Of a DNA stretch of 64,000 bases, positions 34,720 through 46,395 are shown one piece after another. The notes beneath the pieces are model-generated. The model did not search any database. It saw only the letters and a program-made list of their open reading frames with translations, and was not told the DNA's origin. The stretch is taken from NCBI GenBank assembly GCA_028534125.1, contig CM052818.1, positions 46,192,001 to 46,256,000 of the forward strand, written 5' to 3'. This stretch comes from Lama glama. Taxonomy: Eukaryota. Position numbers and translations under genes: made by a program. Every line of letters starts with the position of its first letter. Position 1 is the first letter of the stretch.

Positions 34720-37103
34720 GAACAAAAAACAGAAACAGAACACTGCATTATTGATCCTCTCCCCTGTAAAACGGTACACATGACCCTTCTACAATAGCAG
34801 TAAGACCACAAATAGAACACTGATTTTTAAAATTTTTGTTTCTGGTATCTGCAAGACTGATACCGATACACACTGAACCAATGATGTTTTGGGAGAATTC
34901 CTAGCTGGTTTTCTGAATCTTACAGATTTTCTTTCTCAAAAATACCACTTGAAGAGGGAAATGACAACCACAGTGACCCTCCTGAGCGCTGCTCTCGGGA
35001 ATGGGACACCTGCCCGTCTCTATCCATTTCCAGTCCTGCCCACAGGGCTACCACCCTGCACAGGGGCACGCCCGTCCTCAGACAGAGCACGTGGAGAGAA
35101 GGGTGCAAATCAAAGACGTCAGGTGAAGGGCTCTCTCTCCATCTCCTGCAGAAATGTTTCTGGCTGGAAGTCGATGCAGGGGACACACCAGGGAGACAGC
35201 ACGGCCCTGCTCACAGCCCTCCTCTGCCCCCAGGCCCCAAGCTCCTCCTCAGTGAGCAGCCTCTGCTCAGGGCACAGGGGTGACCCAGTCTGAAGCTATG
35301 GCGGCCTACCCAGCGGGATGGGCCTGGAGATGACTGCACAGGGCAGGTCTGGGGTCAGAGGGAGCCTTCGCACATCTGCCACGGACAAGGTCCTCCCCGG
35401 CGCAGGGCTGGACAACATTGGTGCCGTTCTAGTTAATGGGTGGAGATTCCACGTGGACCGAGCGTGGACCAGATGGAGAACAAGGAGGCTCTGTGGGGCC
35501 CTGGCAGGGATGAAGTGCAATTCCCATCACCAGAGGAAGAAACGGAGCTAACCGTGGGAGCGGCAGAAGGAAACGGGGAGAAAAAAGCCAACACCCTCTC
35601 ATTCTAAGACTTTAGGAAAGCAAGAAATAAAGGTGAACAGTTTTCCTTCCTTTCATATGACCCAACAGAGCAAAATAAATCTTTCCTCACATGGTACACA
35701 GTCACTAAGGGTAGGGATGACCTAATCATTTAGCTCCAGCCGTACAAGACTAACTCAAGCCCTGGGGATGCGGGAGGCGGGCGGGAGGCAGCAGAGATGC
35801 GCTGCCCTCATTTGCCTGGGCCCTCCCAGCTGTGGGGCTCATCCCCTCCGACACCCATGCTCAAGGCCCTCCCTTCAAGCCTGGGCTGCGGGGGCGATGG
35901 GCGCTGCGGGGGCAATGGGCTCTGCGGGGAGGTGAGCGGGTTGGATTCCACAGCCTGCAGCACAGGTTTGGTCCTAAAGGGTGTGGTTCTGTGATCCCAA
36001 CAACAGGCTCCCGGCCTTCTCTGGGCCCCCCTGAGTGCCAGGGGCAGAGCTGTGTGGAAGGGTCTGCAATGTGCCCAGGGCTGCAGCGGGAGGCGGGGCA
36101 CAGCCATGCTGCACTGTAAGCATGGACCCCACATAGGGGCAGATGTGCTCACCGCGCAGCCCGGCCTTGCAGCGCTCACCACTGCTCCCCCGTAGAGACC
36201 AGCCAGGGCATAGTGCAACTTGGGACGGACCTGGGGGCCTGCCAGCCGCCTGCAGCAGCCGCGGGACCCGGGCAGCATGTCCTGCGGAAGCTCTTGCCCC
36301 GCTTCCACGGGAAGCCCCTGGAGGCCCCTGACCTTGACTGGCAGCCCCGGCCCAGAGCTGGCCTGGCTACTTGCTGGACCTGCCTTTAAGTTACATAATG
36401 ACCAGTGGGCCTTCAGTGCTCGGCAAATTACCCAACTCTGGGGGACTCCAGCTTCCATTCTTAGAAAGAGCATCTGTTGAGTGACACTCGCTGCGCCGTG
36501 ACAGAGTGGCTGCGGCAGGCTCTGGCGAGGTGCGGGCCGGGCTCAGGGCGCGCCTGTGTTTTCATACCCAGCCTGAGCATAGGTCCCCCAGGTCAGCATC
36601 TCTCTACCCTTTACTTCATGGGGATCACAGAGAGAGGAGATGACCGCAGCTGTGACAAGCGGCCGAGTGCAGACAAGAGAGAGGTAAAAGGGGCAGAATA
36701 AAGGCGAAGCAAGGTGTGAGGGGTGAACAGCAAACAGAAAGGACCAGGAAGAAGGTCAGAGGAAAACGTCCGGGGCCAGAGGCCGGAGCTGACCCACCCA
36801 TCTCAGACCTGCCCTCGTGGAGTCCCTGCGCCCCTGAATCACAGATGCCACACCCTTGCCCTGAACAAGAATGAAGTCAAGACACTCTACCTCCATCCTA
36901 AGACTGATGGAGTTCATTTAGGAAACAAACAGCAGAAGTACCAAAGACCCCAAATGAAAAACAAACAAACAAACAAATCCACTCTAATGCCGGCCCAAAT
37001 GTCAGCTAGTTGGGGGCAAAGTGATTACAAACTCCCCAAAGCAAAACCCCGATGTGCTGCTGGACACTGGGGCTGGGGGTGGGGGGTCCCAACAGCTCAG
37101 TAC

Positions 37104-37356
37104 CTTTGGCAACGTTCCGTGGGGGGAGCGGGGGGGCGCTGGCGGTGCCAGGGGCTGCAGGCTGGATGGGCGGCGGGCTGCCGCTCAGGATGGCTCCATA
37201 TGTCTCATTCTGCAAGATGCTGGGCACGAAGCTCCTCTGTTTGTCCTTGGCCAGGCTGGCGGCGTCTCTGGCCAGGGACGCGGCGTTGGACTGCAGCTGG
37301 GTGGAGCCCAGCTGGTAGAAGCTGACTGGCCGGTCTTCCCGCCGGCTGGGACTGGG
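37104..37356 (-). CDS. ASAP2: ASAP2 exon (PSPSRREDRPVSFYQLG...SAPPLPPRNVAK)
   Basis: 253 nt; CAG/GTAC boundaries; class II PPLPPR SH3-ligand motif; inside ORF 37006..37398. Confidence 0.95.
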
Positions 37357-37794
37357 CTGTGGAGGGGTGGTGGGCAAAGCTGCATGAGATGCAGACACGT
37401 TGACCTCTTGTCACAGCGTTCAAGCTACCGGTGACGCCCTCAGGTGTGCCATCTCTACCTGGGCATGTTGCCTTTTACTGTCACACAACCCAAAGCTCCC
37501 TCTGATTGTGTCTTTTGATGGAAGCACACACACTCACAAAAAAGCCATGACTTACACAAATTTACAATTCTCCATTCTGTGAAGAATTTAAAATATAATC
37601 TAGTTCATTTTTACCGTCAGGTATCTCAACCTAGCTCTGTATTTCCCCCTTTATAAGCTTTCTCAGAGGACTAAGCAGTGCAGCTGCTCTGAGCACCCAG
37701 CTGCAACGGACCCCCAACAGCCATAAGCCTAAGTCAGGGGCGATCACGGTCTTCTTCCCATAGGCACAGGAACTCCTACGGTTCCTCTAACTTC

Positions 37795-38006
37795 GGGGCA
37801 GCGAACCATGGCCTGTTTCTAGACATAATGCTTTATTAGAAAGCGGCCTGGGGCACTTACATACTGTCTACAGCTGCTTTCAGGACACCCTGGCAGAGCT
37901 GAGGAGCTGCAACAAAGACTAGGATATTTTAGGCCCACAAGCCTGAAGGGTTTATTTAACCTAAAAGTGTTTATTTACTCGGCTTTTCAAGTTTGCTGAC
38001 CCTGGC
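37795..38006. mobile_element. MER58A-like hAT relic
   Basis: ACATACTGTCTACAGCTGCTTT, GCAGAGCTGAGGAGCTGCAACA and AAGTTTGCTGACCCTG end. Confidence 0.6.
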
Positions 38007-38392
38007 TCCACTGGAAGGTCACGTGTATGGAGTCATGACGTGGGTGAATTAGACTGAATTCTATTTCAAATGTCAGCTTCATTGTAACAGCTGTGATCTT
38101 GAGCAAATTACTTAACTTTGCTGATCTGACTTCTCATCTGTTAAATGGGTATAGCTTTAACTGCCAGCACAGAGCCCAGAGTGGAGCAGGTAGCAGTATC
38201 AGCTGTCACACCCTCCTCCCCTCATGGGACCACCCAACCGTCAAGGCTCCCGCCAGCCCAGTGCAGAGCACAATGGCTAGTGGTGCCTCGGACGCAGTTC
38301 AAACTCCAACAAAGCCCATGGCGGTGTGAACTGACCGCACCTCTGCTCCCTACTGGAGGTGGGGGATGAGTCTGCACTCCCTGCTGGGCTCT

Positions 38393-38433
38393 CACTGCCC
38401 CCAGACACAGGACCACTGCCCCCAGACACAGGA
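38393..38433. repeat. 21-bp-period tandem duplication
   Basis: CACTGCCCCCAGACACAGGA twice. Confidence 0.9.
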
Positions 38434-39418
38434 GTGTGGTGTGTGCTTAATGAAGAGGCACTCTTCTGGCGGCAAATGTTTCAGAGGTATTTCAAACCGT
38501 CTCCTTTTTTAAAGACGGGTCTAAATACAAAATTAGCTCTGCTCACTTTGATGCCATTTTATAGCTAACTCTGTGAAAAAATTTCTTATTCTAAGAAATA
38601 TTAAGTATGGATGTTAACTGCTCCATAAAGCAGGATGGTCCAATAGGTTTCAGAAATGCCATATATAAAGAATCAGACATCCTCCATGCACATCAGGACA
38701 TTAACGTCCTAAAGTGAAAATACAAACGCTACACGGCATTCCCACTAATCCGACAGCTGCGAGTTGCCAGGTGTGTGGGCTCTGGGGTCAGTCTGCCCAA
38801 GTCTGACTCTAAGCTCTGCGACTTGGGTGAAGGCAGCAACCTTCCAGGCGCACCCACAAGTGCACGAGACAGAGCATCGCGAGAAGAGGCTGGACGAGGA
38901 GGGAAGAGATCCAGGTTGGTCTCCAAATACTGGCTTCGCTGTGGCCACGCCAACTCCTCTCTTGAGGCCTGAATGACCCTATCTGATAAAGGAACGAGTT
39001 GGACCTAGTGAGCTCTAAGGGTCATTCAGTGATTTCAGTGAAGGTTTTAAAGATCAACTAGGTGAACGTGATATCCCGGCGGAACCTGGCTCTTTATCAG
39101 ATCATCCACAGTGAGAGCGCTTCCTCTAAAATCCACTGGAGTAATGGCCCTCCTGTATCTTTCCTTCACATCAGAAGGTGAGCAGCTGCCTACGGTTACA
39201 TAATTAATGCTCCTTTAAAGTACTGTCTGCAGGGCTGGAAGCCAGGAGGCAGTTGTGCGCTGGGTAAAACCAAAACCCTACTGCGATCAGTGGAAGCAGA
39301 AAGTAAATTGTATTTCCTTTACTACAAAACAGTTTTCTGCCCTAATGATAGGCTCAGGCCCACACTGCTCTGCAGGACACCGATCATAAAACTCTTCTTG
39401 GCCACAAGCTGGACCCAC

Positions 39419-39532
39419 CTGCAGCTTCTCATCCACGTCATCATCGCTTTCATCCAGGTCTTCGTGGAGCAGCCGCCACTCATACTCGACGTGAACGTGG
39501 GAATTAAACCTTCCAGATAAGGCCTGGGTCAG
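39419..39532 (-). CDS. ASAP2: ASAP2 exon (LTQALSGRFNSHVHVEYEWRLLHEDLDESDDDVDEKLQ)
   Basis: 114 nt; CAG/GTGGGT boundaries; ASAP-family HVEYEW and acidic patch. Confidence 0.96.
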
Positions 39533-39984
39533 CTGAGGACGACAAAAGGCTGTCAATGATGCTGCTCGTATCCTGGGCCTTGCAAAGCGGACGTCCACCA
39601 AGATGGCCAAGAGGCAGCTGGGCGGATAGAGAACCTGTGCCCCCGTCCAAGGTCGGCTTATTTAATTCGCTGCATGTCAGGTTAAGCACCTACCTTAGTC
39701 CACAGATAACCGTGAGACTCAAACCCAGCAGCTCGCATCTAGTGCCTTGTAAGCAGGGAAGCTGCAGCCCGCAGGCCAGGGGTGCTTGCGCTCTAAAGCT
39801 TGCAATAACCCCGCCTTTCCTGACCAGCACGAGAGAATGAAGCCCTGAGGAACGTGATGTGAATGACTGTTTTCTCCAGGAACGCAGACAGCTGGCTCCA
39901 CTCGAGACGCAGAGGAGAGAAGTTAGTCCATTAGATAAATGTGTGTCTTGGCACACTAGGGGTTAATTTTCTCCAGAGCCAGAT

Positions 39985-40125
39985 GGTCGCTGTGTAGTCT
40001 TGGGCAAGTTACTTAGCACTTCTGTAGCTGTCTCCTCATTTGTAAAACGGGGTAAGAGTAGGCACCTCCTAATTAACGTCCTAAGGTGATTTTCAGGATT
40101 AGATGAGTTAATGGACATACAGTGA
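39985..40125 (+). mobile_element. MIR fragment
   Basis: CTTGGGCAAGTTACTTAGCACTTCTG...TCCTCATTTGTAAAACGGG core. Confidence 0.7.
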
Positions 40126-40612
40126 TAGGGTAACACCGGTTACTCATCCTGCAGCTCCACAGCATCGCCTATTGGTGGTTCTGTGCGCTGAGCACGTACC
40201 ATGTGCCCCCTGCTTTACCGAGTTCAACAACAACCCCCGCAGCAACCTGGCAGACTGGCACCGCTGACTCCACTTCACAAATAAGGCAACAGCAGAGAGA
40301 GTTGGCGTGACTTTCCCAAGTCACAGGGCGGAGCCCTACGGCACACCCAGGTCTGCCGGACGCGGGCGGGCCTCTGCTCCACCCACCCAGCCAGCATCAG
40401 GGCCACGTCCACGTGTCCCAGCAGCAACTACTGACTCAGGGTCCAGGTGTCGCTACCAGGCGGGTAGCCACCTCTCTAAAGACTCCCCAGGATGCTTTCA
40501 GCAAGCCATCCCCTTGGACACCAGGATGTGCTCAGGACGCTACCTCGGGGCTCGAAGGGCGCCCCAGGGCCTCCCCGCCCCCACCGATCGGCTGTCCACG
40601 CCAGGGACTCAC

Positions 40613-40680
40613 CAGCTCCTCACAGTGCTCGTGCCTGAGGCGCTTGGCGATGTCCAGTGGGGTCTCTCCTGACTCGTTAG
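40613..40680 (-). CDS. ASAP2: ASAP2 exon ([A]NESGETPLDIAKRLRHEHCEEL), ankyrin repeat
   Basis: 68 nt; CAG/GTGAGT boundaries; GETPLDIA ankyrin motif. Confidence 0.96.
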
Positions 40681-41673
40681 CTGAGAGGTGGGGTGGCCAA
40701 AGGACATGTTATGGCAAAAACAAGCAAAGGTCTGATATCAAGAGGCAATTTAAAAAGACAGAGCAGAGCAGCTCTAAATTACACTGAACACGACTAATGA
40801 AATCCCCTTCGTTTGCCCCAGTCGGTGCCGAACTGCCCTGTAACCGTCCAGAACAGCAGGCAGCAGCGTCTAACCAGTAAGATTTTAACAGATAAAGCTT
40901 GAGTCAATCACGAAAATAAAGCCAGTCAAGAAGCCAACTAATGTAAATAAATATCTAAAGTGTAAGTCGTGGAATGAAGCAGCTCATGATAATTCTCTAA
41001 CCAAAAGCGCTGTAATCTAGTTCCAGGCATCTGACTGCAGAAGACTTTGCAGCTCCCGCTAAGAGTGTTTTCTTCTGAGTAAGCCTCAGTCAATGAGGTT
41101 TGATGACTCATTAACGAAACACAGAACAACCTGGCTCTGAAGCAGGCATCTGCCTTCTTTCCATGCTCTTTGGTCTCTTTTTAATAGTTCTGCCAAAACT
41201 CTTCCTCCAGGCCCGTGGTCTAGACTGCGCCCAGTGGCTGTGTGTCTGAGAGCCGCCGGGGAGGGAGGATAAAGGCTGAGCAGACCGAGGGTTCCTCGTG
41301 GAGGAGGCTCGGGGCCAGTGAAAGGAGGGGCAGTGAACAGTGTCTCCCACCGGTAAACATGTCAACCCAGAGCCAGTGAGGGGTTAAGTCTGATCCCAGG
41401 TGGTAGCATGAACAGGAGGGCGAGATGCCCACACCTGATCCACCTGGGCACCTGCGACGGCTGCCTCTCAGAACCCAGAGAATGCCTGCCTGCACGTGAC
41501 GGCAAGTCTGCGGAATAGCAGAGGAGACCGCGGATAGATGAGACCGCAGCAGCCTTGCAGAACAGGCCCCTCTCCTTGCTGGGCAGGACTGACTGCCTGG
41601 CTCTGCACGGAGCCCGGGGCCTGGGCCCTTCCCACCAGCAGCTTGGGACCAGCAGGAGGAGCGGGCGGCTCAC

Positions 41674-41789
41674 CGATCCCGATGGAGGCCTTCCCCCGCA
41701 GCAGCAGCTTGAGGCACTCGGCGCTGTCGGTGAGGCAGCAGTAGTGCAGGGCCGTGCTGCCCTTCCCTGTCTGCTTGTCCAGGTTCCCA
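41674..41789 (-). CDS. ASAP2: ASAP2 exon (GNLDKQTGKGSTALHYCCLTDSAECLKLLLRGKASIGI), ankyrin repeat
   Basis: 116 nt; TAG/GTGAG boundaries; GxTALH ankyrin motif. Confidence 0.96.
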
Positions 41790-43321
41790 CTAGCGCAGAC
41801 ACAGAGAGAGAGGAACAGTGAGCCACAGGCCAGAGGACTAGGGATGCCCAGGCAGGGCACTGGGCACGTGAGAAGGACAGGCAGCAAGTGATCAGAGTCA
41901 CGGAGGGGAGGGGAGGGTTCAAAGTTGAAAGTTCAGAGTCCCCGGGCTCCTCTGAGCTGGCTTGCCCTGGACCGCCCTGAAAACAGGCTGAGAGGGAACC
42001 ACGAGGAGACAAAGGTTCTTCCAACACAGAACAAGACCAGGTGATCCCGAGACAAGCCACTCAAGCCACTGGTGGAGGCAGCCCTGGGACTGCGGCCTCC
42101 GTCACATTCTGGGGATGGACAGCATGAGGGGACACCAGAGTGACCATCAGGTGACACGCATTGCTCTCATAAGGAGGAAACCAGCTATGCTTCCTTTTTT
42201 TTTTTAAAGCAACTAACTTTTCAGTGTAAAAAGGAGCCTCCTTTCTGATTTCTCCTCTACTCTTGCTTCCATCTGTTAGAAAAGAAACCAGGATGTCCCT
42301 TCTCCTGTCTGAGAACTTGCACAGAGGGGGACAGCACCACTCAGGGGCGCTGAGCCCCTGCCACACTCCAGGCACTGGGCAGGCACTCAGGCTCCACCAG
42401 GGGACAGGGTGGTCTGAGCAGCTGCCCTCAGATGTCCAGTGAACTCTCGGCTCCTAAGGAGCTGACTGCCTCCCGAGCTCCTCTCCCTCTGGCCACATCT
42501 TCACACCTCCCCCCAGGAACGGGAGGGAAAGGCAGAAGACACCAAGTGCAAAAGACCCCCTTGTTTTGCATGTTGGAATCTTCCGTCTGGAGCAATCTCC
42601 ATGGCTTTTAACCAGTACCTCCCCACTCCAGCTGCGCCCCCCCAAACCTAATCAGGGCGCCAAGATACACCTCAATGGGTCTTCGTGACTGGCCTTCTGC
42701 ACCAGGCAGGCACCATACCCAAGTGAGGCCAAACGTACCAAATGGGACTACTGGGGCCAGGGGACACTGCCCCCGCATGTCTTCTCTAAAGCCAACTTCT
42801 AATTAAAATTACAGCTTCTCCAACCAAGCAAAACGCCCACAGCCCAGTGTTGTGATTTACGGTCTCGGTCCCGCCAGCAGCTACAGCTCAGATCTTTGCT
42901 TCCCTCCCTCCCCTCCCTCTGCTCCGGGGGCCCTGCCCGGATCCCGTGGGACACCCACCTCACAGGACAAGCCCAGGGCTGTGCACAGGGTAGTTGTGGG
43001 GGCCACAGACAGTAGCCACTTTCCAGGGGCTGAGAATTTAGCAGACCTATCGACGTGGCATCTCACTGAGTCCAAGACACTAGAAGCCGGATACCGCAGA
43101 TCCCAGGACGGGTCTCCCTCCTCAGACCCCAGGACTTCCTCAGGACTGCACTGAACACCCCACACCTAGCAGCGCTTTTCTTGTCCCGTAATTCATATCC
43201 AACCTGGGGCAATTCCAGCACCTTGGCCGCAAGACGGAAGCAGTGAGGCAGCCCCTGGTTCCCTCCTCAGGAACACTAAGGGGACAAAATCAAATACCTC
43301 CCCTAATTTCAGCACACCTAC

Positions 43322-43407
43322 CTGTTCTGAACTAAGAAGTCCACAATGTGAAGAGAAGTCCGGTCCACGGATCTGACGGCAAGATGGAGGGCAGTTTCAT
43401 CCGGCTC
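43322..43407 (-). CDS. ASAP2: ASAP2 exon (EPDETALHLAVRSVDRTSLHIVDFLVQN), ankyrin repeat
   Basis: 86 nt; CAG/GTAGGT boundaries; TALHLA motif. Confidence 0.96.
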
Positions 43408-44647
43408 CTGAAGACCAAACAGAAACATTCCAGAATTCCAAGGGGAGCACTCAGTTTTGTGTCCAACATGAGTGAAATCGTGTATTTGCAAAGTCTCCTT
43501 CCAAAAGTCTCTTAAGTCTTTCCTTCAAAAAACATATCTCTAAGATACCCAGGGCCCCCTTTAATCAACATGGCAAACTCTGCCCTTAGGAATCTGCAAA
43601 GTTCGTTGCAAAGTTCCCCCACTCTTTCTGTCCCTGAATCAGCAACAAGAGGTGCTGCCTGTACGCAGTGGTCTCCGTTCAGACTCCAGGAAGGTTCCCC
43701 GGGCCTCTTACCTGCTCCCTGGATAAATAAAAGTGTACATTTTTACTACAAGGTTAAAGCTTCTCATTCTGTATTTTACAGTATCCAAGTATCAGTGCTA
43801 ACACCTGGCCTGTCTGCAACTCACACAAAGGAGGAGAGGACCGCCACTGCCTTTTCTGAAACTAAGTTTTGGCAGGCGGGGGAGAGGAGACAAAACAAGG
43901 GCTGTTTCGGGTGGGTGGGTGAGAGAGATGGAGGCCGAGGAAAGACCCACAGAGCAGGGGGCACGGGGCAGAGAGAGGCCCTCCGCCCGGACCTGCCCTG
44001 CCTGCTCGCCGGCCCGGGCCAGCCCTCGTCCCCCCACAGTACCGCTTGGAGTGGAGCATGCTTGGCCCTGGGCGCCACGGCTGGGGTTCCTCGACTTAGT
44101 CTCCATCACTGAACGCTGAGGCTCCACACAGCATGCTCAGCTGCTAAGGGTGACCCCAGCCCTATGTGTGTCCACGAGCGCACCCGGGGAAGAGAATGAG
44201 GACACGCATGGGCCGTGACACCAGGGATTTCCTGTGGACTGGCCCTGCCTGTGAGAGCCCACCTTCTCGGCAAAGCTCCCCCAGGGATGAGGGCAAGGGG
44301 GGCAGCTGTGCACCAGGCCCAGTTTGAGTCTCCTTCCCGGCGTGGCCTCGGGAGCTGCAGCTGAGACTTGGCTGCCAGCTCCCCATGGGCCCGGGAGGTG
44401 CTCGTGCTGCCCTCGGCAGACAGGGCTTCTCTCCAGGGCGTGGGCCTCTGAGAAGACGCTCCTTCCCCCATGGATGGCTTCTTCCCAGAGCTGCCACCCA
44501 TTTTTTGGTCTAAGAATCAGCCCTAATTTCTTCCCCAGAGCTCACTGCCATCTGTCAGGGAAATGACACTACTCAGCACTTCCGGTAACACTGCCTTGCC
44601 TCTCCAAGCCCAACCCCTTTCTTTCACTTTTTCACGTCTCTTCTTAC

Positions 44648-44837
44648 ATGTCCGTTGGCCAGTGGGATTTTTTCTGTGAGATCCACACCATCAGCGTATG
44701 CTTGGAGTAATCCAAAAATATCCCTTGTTTTGACGGCCTCACAAAGGCTGTGAAGCTTTGCTGCGTTATCCGCGTGTTTTTTCCTTGCGTATTTCCTCTC
44801 AATGTACTTGGCAGTGATGTAGTCCTTTCTTGCGTTC
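44648..44837 (-). CDS. ASAP2: ASAP2 exon (NARKDYITAKYIERKYARKKHADNAAKLHSLCEAVKTRDIFGLLQAYADGVDLTEKIPLANGH), end of ArfGAP domain
   Basis: 190 nt; TTTCAG/GTAAGA boundaries; RxxYIxAKY ArfGAP motif. Confidence 0.97.
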
Positions 44838-45959
44838 CTGAAATCACACAGTTGCCTTGTGAATAATTAAGGGCCTCTATTCAAGCATACTCAGAATATC
44901 TATTCAGCTATAACTACTTAAAAAAAAATCCTGCCCTGCTCTCCTTGTAATAAGAAGCACCAGCAGGAAAGCAGGAAGCAGGCGCCCCATGGCTCCCCCG
45001 CAGCACCTGTAGTCACTCTGCCACCTCCTGTCCTTTCTAGAGGCTGGAAACCCTCAGGTGCCAAGACAAGTGGCATCAGGGCCCAGGTGTAAGGCCAAGT
45101 GGCCAGGTCGAGGGGCTAGAAACCTCTGGCTGATTCAGGACAGGGCATGTGACCAGCCAGTCCAACCAGAAAGAAAATCAAGACTTTGGCTATGACTGCT
45201 AAGAAGAGATTCTCCCTCTGTATGGTAAATTATTTCTCTCTCTCCATGGCCTCAAGGACAGTAGTTATTCCTGACTACAAAGAAGCCAGACACAGGATGA
45301 AGCTGGTACCAAGGAAGGCAGAGAGATGAAAACAAATTTTGTCCTCAGTTTTGAGAGGAAGACTGTCCTCTTGTTTGTGGGCACCGTGCCTGGCAGGCAG
45401 GCTCACCACAGGCCCATGAACCAAACGAGCTGTCTGCCTGTCTTCGTGGTCTATTTCCTGGCCTTCACACGGCATTGCGTTTGCAGACCCCACCTCTCCA
45501 AGGAGCTTGAAGTGGCAGCCATTCCAAGGGACCCAAAGCAGCCCGGGCTCAAATCCCACCCCCGCCGCAGAGTGACGAGCAACCCTGGGCGAGGATGCAG
45601 TCTCTTCAGGCCTCAAGTCTTCTTATCTGTGCAAATATGCACCTACACCCTCAGGGACTGTGAGAAGCCCAAGAGCTGACATGTTTTCTGAGCTCACAGC
45701 AGGTCCTTAGGACCTGGGAAAGTACTGATGAACTTGGAAGACGGGGAGCAAGGAGAAGAGCAGCTCCTGGCCTGGAGGACTCTGCCTTTTATTCCACGGA
45801 AATTTAACAAACAGCAGCAACAACAATAAAAAATCAACACGACTTCTGAGGGGCAGTAAACGCTGCTTATGACAAGGCATGAGTTTCAAAGAACAACCCA
45901 GCAAACACCAGGAACTAAACTGCCTACAACTCAACTCAAAAACAAACAAAACCCCCCCA

Positions 45960-46395
45960 AAACCCAGTACCCACCAGCCGATCAGCAGATAAACCCAATG
46001 TGGTGTCCGTACAATGGAATGCGTTCAGCCACAAAAGGAATGGAGCGTTGACACCGCCTGCAGCGTGGATGGACCTTGAAAACGTTCTGCTGAACGGAAG
46101 CAGCCAAACACTAAGGAGCACACGTGTGCTTGCATTTATGTGAAATGCCCAGAGCAGGCATGTCTGGAGAGACAACGCAGACGAGCAGCTGCCCAGGGCT
46201 GGGGGAGCGAGGGGACGGAGCTGGGGGGTGGTTAACGGGTACAGGGTTTCATCTTGCGGTGATGAAAATGTCCTAAACTTGACTATGGTGACGGGTGCAC
46301 AGCTGGGAATACAGTAAAAGCCAGTGAGCTGTATCTTTATTGGGTGGATTGGATAGTAAGTGAATTGTATTTCAAAAAAGTTGTTAAGAAAAGAA
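45960..46395 (+). mobile_element. Old L1M 3' fragment
   Basis: ATGTGGTGTCCGTACAATGGAAT, TGGATGGACCTTGAAAACGTTCTGCTGA and GGTGATGAAAATGTCCTAAA motifs. Confidence 0.75.
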